Shown here: one piece after another, positions 16,022-25,765 of the stretch
Position numbering within the stretch: the stretch's first letter is position 1
Layout of the letters: each line of letters starts with the position of its first letter
Assembly (NCBI GenBank): GCA_035514595.1
Contig: DATKAX010000172.1
Location: forward strand, 1-57,891
Source: Burkholderiales bacterium
Lineage (GTDB): Bacteria > Pseudomonadota > Gammaproteobacteria > Burkholderiales > SG8-39
Reading direction: 5' to 3'
Length of the DNA stretch: 57,891 nucleotides
Notes under the pieces: model-generated
Databases searched by the model: none
Told to the model about the DNA's origin: nothing
The model's input: only the letters and a program-made list of their open reading frames with translations
Made by a program: the position numbers and the translations under genes

Positions 16022-16756
16022 TCAAAATCGATACCCTCGATGTAGCGCGACCACGCCGGCGGCGAGATTGAAGACTTCCACCTCGCCGAGCCCCGCCGCC
16101 TCCATCATGGCCTTGAGCTGCGCCTGGTCGGGATGCATGCGAATCGATTCGGCAAGGTAGCGGTAGGGGTCGCCTTCGCCCGCGACGCGCTTTCCCAGCC
16201 ACGGCAGTACCCGGAACGAATACAGATCGTACGCCGGGCGCAGGGGCTCCCAGACCCTGGAGAATTCGAGCACCAGGAGGCGCCCGCCGGGCTTGAGAAC
16301 GCGGACCATCTCGGCGAGCGCCCTCTCCTTGTGCGTCATGTTGCGCAGCCCGAACCCTACGGTGACGCAGTCGAAGTACGCCGCCGGAAACGGCAGGCGC
16401 TCGGCGTCGCACTGGGCCATCGGTATCAGCCTGCCGGCGTCGAGCAGCCGGTCGCGCCCGCGCTCGAGCATCGAGCGGTTGATGTCGGTGAGCCAGACCT
16501 CGCCGTGCGGAGCAACGCGCGGCGCAAGCGCGCGCGCGAGGTCGCCGCTGCCGCCGGCGACATCCAGGATGCGCTCGCCCGGCCGCGGCCGCGCCAGGGC
16601 GACGGTAAACGCCTTCCACGCCCGGTGCAGCCCGAGCGACATCAGGTCGTTCATCAGGTCGTAGCGCTCGGCAACGCGCGCGAACACCTGCGCGACGCGG
16701 CCGGCCTTGTCGGCCTCCGGCACCCGCTCGAAGCCGAAATCGGTGTCGCGGCTCAT
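16022..16756 (-). CDS. ubiE: Ubiquinone/menaquinone biosynthesis C-methyltransferase UbiE
   Basis: Motifs are [35 protein letters not shown] and GFGLRNMT. The chosen ATG is at 16756, with an alternative ATG at 16807. Confidence 0.9.
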   Translation of the reverse strand: MSRDTDFGFERVPEADKAGRVAQVFARVAERYDLMNDLMSLGLHRAWKAFTVALARPRPGERILDVAGGSGDLARALAPRVAPHGEVWLTDINRSMLERGRDRLLDAGRLIPMAQCDAERLPFPAAYFDCVTVGFGLRNMTHKERALAEMVRVLKPGGRLLVLEFSRVWEPLRPAYDLYSFRVLPWLGKRVAGEGDPYRYLAESIRMHPDQAQLKAMMEAAGLGEVEVFNLAAGVVALHRGYRF

Positions 16757-16821
16757 GTCGCGCGGCGCATCCCGGTCGGAAAACGGTCTGAAGTCACGTA
16801 CTTGCATGATAGCAAGGCCGG

Positions 16822-16855
16822 CTGAAACAAAACGGTCACGAAACCTTCTTACAAT
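16822..16855 (+). promoter_or_regulatory. Putative Pho box plus -10 element upstream of phoB
   Basis: CTGAAAC-AAAA-CGGTCAC (16822-16839) resembles the CTGTCAT-N4-CTGTCAC consensus at 14/18 positions. TACAAT at 16850-16855 lies 10 nt downstream, and the phoB GTG lies only 6 nt after that -10 element. Confidence 0.35.
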
Positions 16856-16861
16856 TGCCAC

Positions 16862-17554
16862 GTGGCTGCGAACATCCTGCTGGTAGAAGACGAGCCGGCG
16901 ATCCAGGAGCTGATCGCGGTGAACCTGCAGCACGCCGGGCACCACGTCATCCGGGCCCCGGATGCGGAGCGGGCGCTCGGCATCGTGAAGAGCGCGCTGC
17001 CCGACCTGCTGCTCATCGACTGGATGCTGCCGGGCATGTCCGGGGTCTCGCTTGCGCGCCAGCTGCGCCAGGAAGAACGCACCAAGCGCATCCCGATCAT
17101 CATGCTCACCGCGCGCAGCGAAGAGGCCGACAAGCTCGCCGGCCTCGAGGCCGGGGCCGACGATTACGTCACCAAGCCGTTCTCGCCGCGCGAGCTCATC
17201 GCGCGCATCAAGGCGGTGCTGCGCCGGCGCGCGCCGCAGATGACCGAGGACCCGGTGGAGGCGGCCGGCCTGCGGCTCGACCCCGGCGCGCACCGCGTAT
17301 ACGGCGACTCGCGCGCGCTCTCCCTCGGGCCGACCGAATTCCGCCTGCTGCACTTCCTGATGACGCACGCCGAGCGGGTGCATTCGCGCGCGCAGCTGCT
17401 CGACCAGGTCTGGGGCGACCACGTGTTCGTCGAGGAGCGCACCGTGGACGTCCATATTCGCCGCCTGCGCAAGGCGCTCGAGGTCTCCGGCCACGACCGG
17501 CTGATCGAGACGGTGCGCGGCTCGGGGTACCGGTTCTCCGCCAGCCCGGCGTGA
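16862..17554 (+). CDS. phoB: Phosphate regulon response regulator PhoB
   Basis: It has an OmpR-family receiver ([22 protein letters not shown]) and a winged helix ([22 protein letters not shown]). It is followed by phoR with a GTGA overlap. Confidence 0.9.
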   Translation: MAANILLVEDEPAIQELIAVNLQHAGHHVIRAPDAERALGIVKSALPDLLLIDWMLPGMSGVSLARQLRQEERTKRIPIIMLTARSEEADKLAGLEAGADDYVTKPFSPRELIARIKAVLRRRAPQMTEDPVEAAGLRLDPGAHRVYGDSRALSLGPTEFRLLHFLMTHAERVHSRAQLLDQVWGDHVFVEERTVDVHIRRLRKALEVSGHDRLIETVRGSGYRFSASPA

Positions 17555-18798
17555 GCGCGCTTACCGCCGTCGCGCTCGCGCTTGTCGTAGCGCTCGCGCT
17601 GCGGCTCGCCTATCACTCGTTCCATGTGCGCGCGCTGCGCGGCTGGCTGCGGCGCCCGGGCCTCGCATCGCTGCCTCGCGGCCGCGGCGTATGGGAAGAG
17701 TTGCTTGCCGAGCTGCACCGCTTCCTCAAAGGACGCGACGTCGAGCAGGCGCGGCTCGGGCGGGCGCTGGCACGCTTTCGCGCCGCCGGCAGGGCGCTTC
17801 CCGACGGGGTCGTGATCCTCGATGCGGAGCTGCGCATCGAGTGGGCGAACCCGACCGCCGCGCGGCATTTTGGCATCGACGCGCAGCGCGATCTGGGCCA
17901 GCCGATCGTAAACCTCATCCGCCACCCCGGGTTCATCGCCTTCCTCGAGGCCGGCGACTTCAGCGCCCCGTTCGTGATGCACGCGAGCCGCATGGAAGCG
18001 CTGCTGCAGCTGCGCGTGATCGAGTTCGGCGAGGACCAGAAGCTGCTCAGCTCCCGCGACGTGACCGCCGAGGAGCGCCTCGACACCATGCGCCGCGATT
18101 TCGTGGCCAACGTCTCACACGAGCTCAAGACCCCGGTCACCGTGCTCTCGGGTTTCGTGGAGACGCTCGGCGACGAATCCTTCGAGCTCTCCCCGGCGCA
18201 GCGGCGGCGCTTTCTTGCGCTGATGTCCGACCAGACGAAGCGCATGCAGCGCCTGGTGGAGGACCTGCTGATGCTCTCGGCGCTCGAGTCGAGCGCGGGA
18301 CCGGAGGAGGAGCAGCCGATCGACATGCGGCCCTTCGTCGAGCGGCTGGGCGAGGAGGGGCGGGCACTGTCGGCGGGCCGCCATCGCGTGGAGGCGGCGA
18401 TCGAGACCGAAGGCCGGCTACTCGGCAGCCCGAAGGAGCTGCACAGCGCGTTCTCCAACCTGGTGTCCAACGCCGTGCGCTACACCCCGGAAGGAGGCGC
18501 GGTGCGCCTCGCGTGGCGCATCGCCGACGGGCGCGGCATCTTCAGCGTCACGGACACCGGGATCGGCATCGAGCCGCGCCACGTGCCCCGCCTTACCGAG
18601 CGCTTCTACCGGGTGGACAGCGGCCGCTCGCGCGAGAGCGGCGGCACGGGATTGGGCCTCGCCATCGTCAAGCACGCGCTCTCGCGCCACCAGGCCTCGC
18701 TCGAGGTCGCGAGCGAGCCCGGCCGCGGATCGACTTTCAGCGCCGTGTTTCCGCCCCAGCGGGTCCTCGCCAGCGGCGACCGGCAGCAGGCGGCCTAG
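17551..18798 (+). CDS. phoR: Phosphate regulon sensor histidine kinase PhoR
   Basis: It has an N-terminal TM helix, a PAS region ([24 protein letters not shown]), an H-box ([14 protein letters not shown]), an N-box ([11 protein letters not shown]) and G-boxes ([18 protein letters not shown]). The GTG start is at 17551. Confidence 0.9.
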   Translation: MSALTAVALALVVALALRLAYHSFHVRALRGWLRRPGLASLPRGRGVWEELLAELHRFLKGRDVEQARLGRALARFRAAGRALPDGVVILDAELRIEWANPTAARHFGIDAQRDLGQPIVNLIRHPGFIAFLEAGDFSAPFVMHASRMEALLQLRVIEFGEDQKLLSSRDVTAEERLDTMRRDFVANVSHELKTPVTVLSGFVETLGDESFELSPAQRRRFLALMSDQTKRMQRLVEDLLMLSALESSAGPEEEQPIDMRPFVERLGEEGRALSAGRHRVEAAIETEGRLLGSPKELHSAFSNLVSNAVRYTPEGGAVRLAWRIADGRGIFSVTDTGIGIEPRHVPRLTERFYRVDSGRSRESGGTGLGLAIVKHALSRHQASLEVASEPGRGSTFSAVFPPQRVLASGDRQQAA

Positions 18799-20399
18799 GA
18801 CCCGGGCTCGTAGCCGACGCGCTCGAAGTCGCTGCCGCGCTCCAGCACCTCGGTCAGGCGCACCCTCGAAGCGCCGTCGGCGTAGGTTTCGATCACGCGC
18901 TTGGGCTTGAACCAGCCTGGGGGCAGCACCAGGCTGGGCGGCGCGTCGAGGGCCGGCACGGCGCCGAGCACCAGCGCCGGAAGATACTTCTCGTTCTGCG
19001 CGTTGAGGCCGGTCGGGCGTACCGCGACGGCGCTCGGCACGCCGGGCAGCAGCCGGAGCCCGGCATGAAGCTCGCCGTTCTGCGCGGCCATCAGCCAGCG
19101 CACCTGCCCCAGCATGAAGCTCTTCGCGTCCCGCGGACGCACCAGCATCAGCTGGCCGTGCGCCACGCGCTTTCCTTCCCGGCCGGCGCGGCGCACCAGC
19201 CGCAGCCCCTGCGCACTTTCCTCCTCGACCTCCCAGTCGTCGAGCGCGACGGCCTGCGCGGAGCCGTCGTCGCGGCTGATGACGCGGCCGAAGGTCGCGA
19301 TCTCGTCGCGCTGCTTCTGCGTCAGCTCGGAGGCGCCCACCGGCTGACGAAACGCGCGTCCCGACACATGGTGATAGATCGCCTCGAGCCCGATGTCGGC
19401 CTGCGCGATGGCATCCGCGGCTTGCCGGCCCGGGGCGCGGGCGGGCTTCGCCTGGCACCATTGGCGGTACAGGAACACGAGCAGCTGCTCGCAGGACGGC
19501 TGCACGCAATCCTCGCCCAGCCCGAGGCGCGCCGGCGATTCGCCCTTGCGCAGAAGGGCGACCCGGTTGCGGAGGCTTTTCGCGAGCTTGCGCGTATCGA
19601 GATAGCGCGGCTCGATGAGCTTGGCGTCGGCCTCGACGATGCGCTCCGGGCAGCGGTCCTTCTCCAGGTCCGCGACGAGCGGCGGCACGCCGAGGCCTTC
19701 GTCGAGCGGCGCCGGCGAGACCTCGAGCTTGGCTGCCCAGCGCTCGAGCAGGTAGGCGACGAAGGCGAGCTGGCGCTGGGCAAGCTCGTTCGGGCTGCAC
19801 AGCCCCATCAGCACCGCGTGCGCGTAGGCGATGCGCGGCGAGCTCTCGTGCACGTCGCGGTTGAGGAAGTCCTGCACCGCCTCCTCGGCGGCCTCGAGCT
19901 TCTCGGCGCCGGCGTACGCGGCATGCAGCGCGCGCCACTCGCGCGCCGGCACTTCCCGGTACGCGCGATAGTGGTGGAACATCTTCAGCCCGCCGTAGGC
20001 GATCGCCCGCTGGCAGATGAGCGCCGCTTGCGGGCGCACGGCGGGATCGCCGCCGAGCGCCGCCTCGAGAAGCCGCTGGTAGCCGAGGCGCATCTCGTCC
20101 CAGAGCGCGATGGTCGCTTCGAATATCGCCGACTCGGCGTCGGTCGCCGGAAGCGCCCGGCTGGAGAAGCGCTTCGCCTGCTCGATCTGCACGAAGTGAA
20201 CCGCTTCGCGCAGCGCCTCCATCACTTCCAGGCGCTTCACGGCGCTCGACGGAAAGCGGTTGTACTCCCGCAGCTCGCGGCGCAGCTCGTCCTGGGCGGC
20301 GCCAACGTTGGCGAGCGGCACGTCCTGCAGCCAGGCCTTGCACGAGGCGGCATCGACGAACTGCGGCGCAGCCTCGGCGGCGAGCTCCGGAAGATTCAT
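18795..20399 (-). CDS. Conserved hypothetical protein, 534 aa (possible PilZ-like C-terminal barrel)
   Basis: The start MNLPELAAEA is at 20399, with an ATGA overlap to the upstream HIT gene. I recognised no catalytic motif. The C-terminal segment WEVEEESAQGLRLVR...GQLMLVRP...LGQVRWL is loosely PilZ-like. Confidence 0.6.
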   Translation of the reverse strand: MNLPELAAEAAPQFVDAASCKAWLQDVPLANVGAAQDELRRELREYNRFPSSAVKRLEVMEALREAVHFVQIEQAKRFSSRALPATDAESAIFEATIALWDEMRLGYQRLLEAALGGDPAVRPQAALICQRAIAYGGLKMFHHYRAYREVPAREWRALHAAYAGAEKLEAAEEAVQDFLNRDVHESSPRIAYAHAVLMGLCSPNELAQRQLAFVAYLLERWAAKLEVSPAPLDEGLGVPPLVADLEKDRCPERIVEADAKLIEPRYLDTRKLAKSLRNRVALLRKGESPARLGLGEDCVQPSCEQLLVFLYRQWCQAKPARAPGRQAADAIAQADIGLEAIYHHVSGRAFRQPVGASELTQKQRDEIATFGRVISRDDGSAQAVALDDWEVEEESAQGLRLVRRAGREGKRVAHGQLMLVRPRDAKSFMLGQVRWLMAAQNGELHAGLRLLPGVPSAVAVRPTGLNAQNEKYLPALVLGAVPALDAPPSLVLPPGWFKPKRVIETYADGASRVRLTEVLERGSDFERVGYEPGS

Positions 20400-20800
20400 G
20401 CGAGCAGTCCGGCGATCGCCGCGCCGAACGCCCGGTCCTCGGGCGCTTCGCGCCGCGCGCCGGCCCGGCGCGGCGCCGCCCACACCGGGTCGGGGAAGTG
20501 CGCGTCGTCCGTGAAGCGCGCGATCACGTGCCAGTGCAGGTGAGGCACCTGGTTGCCGAAGCTCGCGAGATTGACCTTGTCAGGCGCCGCGAGCTGCCGC
20601 AGCGCGGCCTCGCACGCGAACACCACCCGCATCAGCCGATCGCGCTCCCCGGCGTCGAGATCGGTCATCTCGCGCACGTGCCGGCCGAGGATCACGCGAT
20701 AGAAGGCCGGGTGCGCGCCGCCCGCGACGCGCACCACGCGGCAAAAGGCGTCGCGCCAGACGAGCGCGCCCCCGTCCCTCTCGCACAGCTCGCAGTCCAT
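20396..20800 (-). CDS. HIT family protein
   Basis: 134 aa with the histidine triad HLHWHVI, plus CELC at the N-terminus. Confidence 0.85.
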   Translation of the reverse strand: MDCELCERDGGALVWRDAFCRVVRVAGGAHPAFYRVILGRHVREMTDLDAGERDRLMRVVFACEAALRQLAAPDKVNLASFGNQVPHLHWHVIARFTDDAHFPDPVWAAPRRAGARREAPEDRAFGAAIAGLLA

Positions 20801-20810
20801 GCTGCGCGGA

Positions 20811-21578
20811 TCATACCGGCTCGCCCCCGAAGACGTCCCTGTAGCTGGCGTAGAAGCTCGCGTAGAGCGTCGGCATGAAGACGATGGCCAGGGGTCCGGC
20901 GATCAGGGCCGGATCGGGCGCCGTGCCGCCCGAGAGCAGACCGAGCGCGACCCGCGTCAGGAACGAGAGCGCGACGATGACCAGGACCAGCACCCCCCCA
21001 TAGGTCAGAAAGGCGCGCCAGTTGAGCAGGCAGGCGGCGAAGCTGAAAAACAGCGCCTTCGCCGGCGCGGTGGAATGCCACGCGGCGAGCAGCGGCGCGA
21101 ACCAGAACATCATCATCACCGGGGTGTACAGCAGCAGAGCGACGCCGATAGGGCGCAAAAGCGCCTGCATTTCGCCGGCGTCCTCGACGCGCTCGTTCCC
21201 CGACAGCAGCGACCGGACGGCCGTCAGGTCGGTCAGCGACGCCGTCACCGCGCCTACCCCCCAGATGCAGCCCAGATAGATGACGCCGAGCACGAGCTGG
21301 GAGGCGAGTTCATTGCGGAAACCCTCGAAAAGCAGCGCAGGCTGGACCGGCGCCTTGCGCGCTGCGGCGCGCGCCGCCGCCATCAGGCTTACCGAGAACG
21401 CCGGCACCGACACCAGGGCGGCCGCAAACCCGACAAAGGGAACCACGGAGACGACGCTGACGAGGAGGTAATAGCCGAACACGATGACGAGCCAGCCGAG
21501 CGGCGCCGCGCGAAACAGGCGCCATCCTTCGCCGAGCCAGCGCGCGCCGTGCAGCGGGCTTACGATCCGCGCCTGCAT
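20811..21578 (-). CDS. Conserved polytopic inner-membrane protein (BPSS1780/DUF2189-like)
   Basis: 255 aa. The start MQARIVSPLHGARWLGEGWRLFRAAPLGW at 21578 was set by ORF arithmetic. It has 5-6 TM helices. Confidence 0.6.
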   Translation of the reverse strand: MQARIVSPLHGARWLGEGWRLFRAAPLGWLVIVFGYYLLVSVVSVVPFVGFAAALVSVPAFSVSLMAAARAAARKAPVQPALLFEGFRNELASQLVLGVIYLGCIWGVGAVTASLTDLTAVRSLLSGNERVEDAGEMQALLRPIGVALLLYTPVMMMFWFAPLLAAWHSTAPAKALFFSFAACLLNWRAFLTYGGVLVLVIVALSFLTRVALGLLSGGTAPDPALIAGPLAIVFMPTLYASFYASYRDVFGGEPV

Positions 21579-21579
21579 C

Positions 21580-22530
21580 TCAATCGATCCAATGACAGTC
21601 GCCGCCGGCCCTGAGCGCCAGGACCTCGCGGAAATGCTCCGGATCGTGGGCGTGCACCAGCATGCCGGGCCGCGGCAGGTGGAAGTCATGCAGCCGCGAC
21701 AGCCAGAAACGAAGCGCGGCGGCGCGCAGCATCGCCGGCCAGGCCTCGCGCTCGAGCGCGGTGAAAGGCCGCACGCCGTGGCATGCCTCGAGCAGCGAGC
21801 GCGCGCGCGCCGCGTCGAGCCGCCGGTCGGAATCGGGGGCAACCAGGCACCAGTCGTTCACGCACACCGCGACGTCGTACAGGAACGTGTCCACGCCGGC
21901 GAAGTAGAAGTCGATCACCCCGGAAATGCGCCCGTCCTCGAACAGCGCGTTGTCGCGAAACAGATCTGCGTGCACCGGCCCGCGCGGCAGATCGGGAAAG
22001 CGCTGCCTGGACTGATAATCGAGCTCGGCGTCGAGCAAGTGCAGCCTGGGGGCGTCGAGATGCGGCCTCACCTCGCGCGCCGCGGTGCGCCACCACCTCG
22101 CCCCACGCGGGTTCTCCAGGTACGCCGGGTAGGAGCGCGCGGCGAGGTGCATGCGGCCGAGCAGCGCGCCGAGCGCCGCGCAGTGGCCCGTGTCCGGCTG
22201 CTCGAGCGAGCGTCCCCGCAGGCGCGTCACGAGGGCAGCCGGCTTGCCGTTCAAGCGCTGCAGGTACTGGTCGGAGAGATCCGCGATCGGCGCCGGGCAG
22301 GGGATGCCGTGGCGCGCGAGGTGCGCCATCAGGTTGAGATAGAAGGGCAGCTCCTCCGCCGGCAGGCGCTCGAACAGCGTCAGGACGTAGCGCCCCTGGG
22401 TGGTGTCGACGAAGTAGTTGGTGTTCTCGATTCCGGCATGCACCGGCTCGTGGGCGAGGAGCGCGCCGACCGAGTAATTGACGAGCCACGCCGCAAGCTC
22501 GCGGTCCGATACGGGGGTGTAGACCGACAA
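21580..22530 (-). CDS. thrB: Homoserine kinase, ThrB type II (APH-fold)
   Basis: The motifs are MSVYTPVSDRELAAWL, GIENTNYFV and HADLFRDNALF...GVIDFYFAG. The Pseudomonas-type thrB-DUF2782-polA neighbourhood supports the call. Confidence 0.9.
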   Translation of the reverse strand: MSVYTPVSDRELAAWLVNYSVGALLAHEPVHAGIENTNYFVDTTQGRYVLTLFERLPAEELPFYLNLMAHLARHGIPCPAPIADLSDQYLQRLNGKPAALVTRLRGRSLEQPDTGHCAALGALLGRMHLAARSYPAYLENPRGARWWRTAAREVRPHLDAPRLHLLDAELDYQSRQRFPDLPRGPVHADLFRDNALFEDGRISGVIDFYFAGVDTFLYDVAVCVNDWCLVAPDSDRRLDAARARSLLEACHGVRPFTALEREAWPAMLRAAALRFWLSRLHDFHLPRPGMLVHAHDPEHFREVLALRAGGDCHWID

Positions 22531-22531
22531 C

Positions 22532-22864
22532 TTAGTCGAAGGTGTGGAGGGGCCACATGGGAACCAGCAAGCCCTCGTCGAGCGAATCGCGCCGTATCCA
22601 GCTGCCGGTGCCCGCCATGTCGACCAGGTAGTAGGCCTTGCCGCCGGGAGGCGTGACCTTGAGGATCACCACTCGTCCGCCGGCGCGGACCTCCTCCACC
22701 TTGTCGCCTTCCTGCACCGGGATGCGCACCGCCGGCTCTTCCGGGCCGCCCGGCATCGGCGGCGGCGGCGGCGGCTCGGGCAGCGGTTCGAGCTGCGGCG
22801 CTCGCGGCTGCGCGAATGCGCTCACGGCGGCAAGCACGAGCACGACCGGTAGCCATCGGCGCAT
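22532..22864 (-). CDS. DUF2782 domain periplasmic protein
   Basis: 110 aa with a signal peptide (MRRWLPVVLVLAAVSAFA), a Pro-rich linker, and KAYYLVDMAGTGSW. It sits in the conserved position between thrB and polA. Confidence 0.75.
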   Translation of the reverse strand: MRRWLPVVLVLAAVSAFAQPRAPQLEPLPEPPPPPPMPGGPEEPAVRIPVQEGDKVEEVRAGGRVVILKVTPPGGKAYYLVDMAGTGSWIRRDSLDEGLLVPMWPLHTFD

Positions 22865-22968
22865 CTCGCGCCGATTCTACTAGAGGTTGAGCAGCACCTC
22901 CTCGGCGCGCCGCTCTGTGGCCTTGAAGAACTCTGCCATAATACCGAACAGCTTTCTCGTTCGTCATC

Positions 22969-25683
22969 GTGTCGGGAAAGGATCCTGAAAAGACGCTGTT
23001 GCTGGTCGACGGCTCGTCGTACCTGTACCGCGCGTTCCACGCGCTGCCCGAGCTGAAGAGCCCGGCGGGCGAGCCGACCGGCGCCATCTACGGCGTGCTG
23101 AGCATGCTGCGGAAGCTCGCCGCCGACTACGAGGCACAGGCGCGCGCGGTGGTCTTCGACGCGAAGGGCAGGACTTTTCGCGACGAGCAGTATCCCGAGT
23201 ACAAGGCGAACCGCGCGCCGATGCCCGACGATCTCGCCGCCCAGGTCGAGCCGCTGTGCGAGGCGATCAAGGCGCTCGGCTGGCCGGTGCTCGCCATCGA
23301 AGGGGTCGAGGCCGACGACGTGATCGCCACCCTCGTCGAGCAGGCGAGGCGCCGCTGCTGGCGCTCGGTCATTTCTACCGGGGACAAGGACCTCACGCAG
23401 CTGGTCGACGAACGCGTCACCTGGGTCAATACCATGTCGAACGAAACGCTCGACGCCGAAGGCGTGCAACGCAAGTTCGGCGTGCCGCCCGGAAAAATCG
23501 TCGACTACCTTGCCCTGGTCGGCGATGCGATCGACAACATCCCGGGCGTCGAGAAGGTCGGCCCGAAGACCGCCTGCAGGCTGATCACGCAGTACGGCTC
23601 GCTCGAGTCGGTGATCGCGCATGCGGCCGAGGTCCCGGGAGTGGTCGGCGAGAACCTGCGCAAGGTGCGTGACTGGCTGCCCAAGGGCCGCGGCCTGCTC
23701 ACCGTTAAACGCGACGTGCCGCTGCCCGTGACGCTCGAGAGCCTGGTCGACGGCAGCGGCGATCCGGCGCGACAGCGCGAGCTTTACGAGCGTTTCGGCT
23801 TCAAGACCTGGCTCAGAGAGATGCAAGGCGCGCCCAGCCCGCCGCCTCGCATCGCGTCCGCGGCGCCCGCAGGTCCGCAGAAACGCAAAACGCGCGCCAT
23901 TTTCACGGTAGACGCGCTGCGGGAGCTCGTCGCGCAGCTCGAGGCCGCGGACATCGTCGGCTTCGACACCGAATGCGTCGGGCTGGAGCCGATGAGCGTG
24001 CGGCTGGTCGGCATGTCGTTCGCCCTGGGCGACGAGGCGCTCTACCTGCCGCTCGCGCACGAGTATCCCGCCGCGCCTTCCCAGGTGAACCTCGAAACGG
24101 CGCTCGGCATGCTGAAGCCCTGGCTGGAGCGCGACGACTGCCGCAAGGTCGGCCAGAACGTGAAGTTCGATTCCCATGTGCTCGCCAACCGGGGCGTGCG
24201 GCTCGCCGGCTGCGTGCACGATACGCTGCTCGAGTCCTACGTGCTCGAGGTGCACGAGCGGCACGACCTCGGCGCGCTCGCCCAGCGCCATTGCGGCTGG
24301 ACCACGATCAGCTACGACGACGTGACCGGCAAGGGCGCTGCGCGCATTCCCTTCTCTGCGGTCCCGATCGAGCGCGCCACGGCCTACGCGGCCGAGGACG
24401 CCGATTGCGCGCTGACGCTGCACCAGATCCTTTATCCGAAATTGAAGCAGGACGGGAACCTTGCGCGCGTCTACGAGGCGATCGAGATGCCGCTGGTGCC
24501 GGTGCTGTTTCGCATGGAGCGCAACGGCGTGCTGCTCGATTGCGCCAAGCTCGAGGCGCAGAGCCACGCCCTGGGCAAGGAAATGCTCGCCATCGAGCAG
24601 AAGGCCTACGAGGCGGCCGGGCAGCCTTTCAACCTCGGCTCGCCGAAGCAGATCCAGGAAATCCTGTTCGACAAGCAGAAGCTGCCGGTGAAGAAGAAGA
24701 CCCCCTCGGGCCAGCCCTCCACCGACGAAGACGTGCTCGCCGAGCTCGCGCTCGACCACCCTTTGCCCAAGCTGATCCTGGAGCACCGAACGCTGTCGAA
24801 GCTGAAGTCCACGTACACCGACAAGCTGCCGAAGAGCGTGAACCCGCAGACCGGACGCGTGCACACCACCTACTCGCAGACCACCGCGGTGACCGGGCGG
24901 CTCGCTTCCAACGACCCCAACCTGCAGAACATCCCGATCCGCACCGCGGCCGGACGGCGCATCCGGCAGACCTTCATCGCCTCCCCGGGCTGCAGGATCG
25001 TCTCGGCGGACTACTCGCAGATCGAGCTGCGCATCATGGCTCACCTTTCGGGCGACGAGGCGCTGAAGCGCGCCTTCGCGCGCGGCCACGACGTGCACCG
25101 CGCCACTGCGGCCGAGGTGTTCGGCGTGCCGCTCGAGGCGGTCAGCGCCGACGAGCGCCGCGCCGCGAAGGTCATCAACTTCGGCCTGATCTACGGCATG
25201 TCGGCCTTCGGCGTGGCGCAGAACCTCGGCATCGAGCGCGCCACCGCGCAGGCCTACGTCGATTCCTACTTCGCGCGCTACCCGGGAGTGAAGCGCTACA
25301 TGGACGGGACGCGCAGCCGGGCGCGCGAGCAGGGCTACGTGGAGACGGTGTTCGGCCGGCGCCTGTGGCTTCCCGAGATCAGGAGCGGCTCGCCCATGCG
25401 CCGCCAGGCCGCCGAGCGCGCGGCGATCAACGCACCGATGCAGGGCACGGCCGCGGACCTCATCAAGCTCGCCATGATCGCGGTGCAACGCTGGCTGGAC
25501 GAGCGGGCAATGGGCGCGAGGCTCATCATGCAGGTGCACGACGAGCTGGTGCTCGAGGTCCCCGAATCCGAGCTCGAGATCGTGAAGGACCGCGTCCGGG
25601 AGCTGATGCAGTCGGTGGCCACGCTGGAGGTCGCCCTGACCGTCGAGGTCGGCGTCGGCGCGAACTGGGACCAGGCGCACTAG
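22969..25683 (+). CDS. polA: DNA polymerase I
   Basis: 904 aa. It has a 5' nuclease region (LLLVDGSSYLYRAFHAL), a 3'-5' exonuclease region (GFDTECVGLEP), and polymerase motifs A (SADYSQIELRIMAH) and C (QVHDELV). Confidence 0.97.
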   Translation: MSGKDPEKTLLLVDGSSYLYRAFHALPELKSPAGEPTGAIYGVLSMLRKLAADYEAQARAVVFDAKGRTFRDEQYPEYKANRAPMPDDLAAQVEPLCEAIKALGWPVLAIEGVEADDVIATLVEQARRRCWRSVISTGDKDLTQLVDERVTWVNTMSNETLDAEGVQRKFGVPPGKIVDYLALVGDAIDNIPGVEKVGPKTACRLITQYGSLESVIAHAAEVPGVVGENLRKVRDWLPKGRGLLTVKRDVPLPVTLESLVDGSGDPARQRELYERFGFKTWLREMQGAPSPPPRIASAAPAGPQKRKTRAIFTVDALRELVAQLEAADIVGFDTECVGLEPMSVRLVGMSFALGDEALYLPLAHEYPAAPSQVNLETALGMLKPWLERDDCRKVGQNVKFDSHVLANRGVRLAGCVHDTLLESYVLEVHERHDLGALAQRHCGWTTISYDDVTGKGAARIPFSAVPIERATAYAAEDADCALTLHQILYPKLKQDGNLARVYEAIEMPLVPVLFRMERNGVLLDCAKLEAQSHALGKEMLAIEQKAYEAAGQPFNLGSPKQIQEILFDKQKLPVKKKTPSGQPSTDEDVLAELALDHPLPKLILEHRTLSKLKSTYTDKLPKSVNPQTGRVHTTYSQTTAVTGRLASNDPNLQNIPIRTAAGRRIRQTFIASPGCRIVSADYSQIELRIMAHLSGDEALKRAFARGHDVHRATAAEVFGVPLEAVSADERRAAKVINFGLIYGMSAFGVAQNLGIERATAQAYVDSYFARYPGVKRYMDGTRSRAREQGYVETVFGRRLWLPEIRSGSPMRRQAAERAAINAPMQGTAADLIKLAMIAVQRWLDERAMGARLIMQVHDELVLEVPESELEIVKDRVRELMQSVATLEVALTVEVGVGANWDQAH

Positions 25684-25765
25684 CGAGGTTGTCCGGGTTG
25701 CGGGGCTGTGCTACGGTCCCGACCAGAGGGGGCAACCCCCCGGTACAACCAAAGGAGGAGGATCC

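Noticed and set aside
17691-20543. A very long + strand ORF (950 aa). Similar giants occur at 5861..6991, 8049..9740, 13618..14970, 22822..25680, 25526..26806, 40162..41862, 40779..42983 and 50099..52330.
   Set aside because: These are mirror or out-of-frame ORFs that overlap genes with strong motif support on the other strand or frame. Their Arg/Ala/Gly/Pro-rich composition with no motifs is the usual artefact of ~70% G+C DNA.
25695-25738. An inverted repeat GGGTTGC...GCAACCC after polA, considered as a terminator or regulatory hairpin for the TRAP operon.
   Set aside because: It has a 7-bp stem with a ~30-nt loop and no T-run, which is too weak to call.
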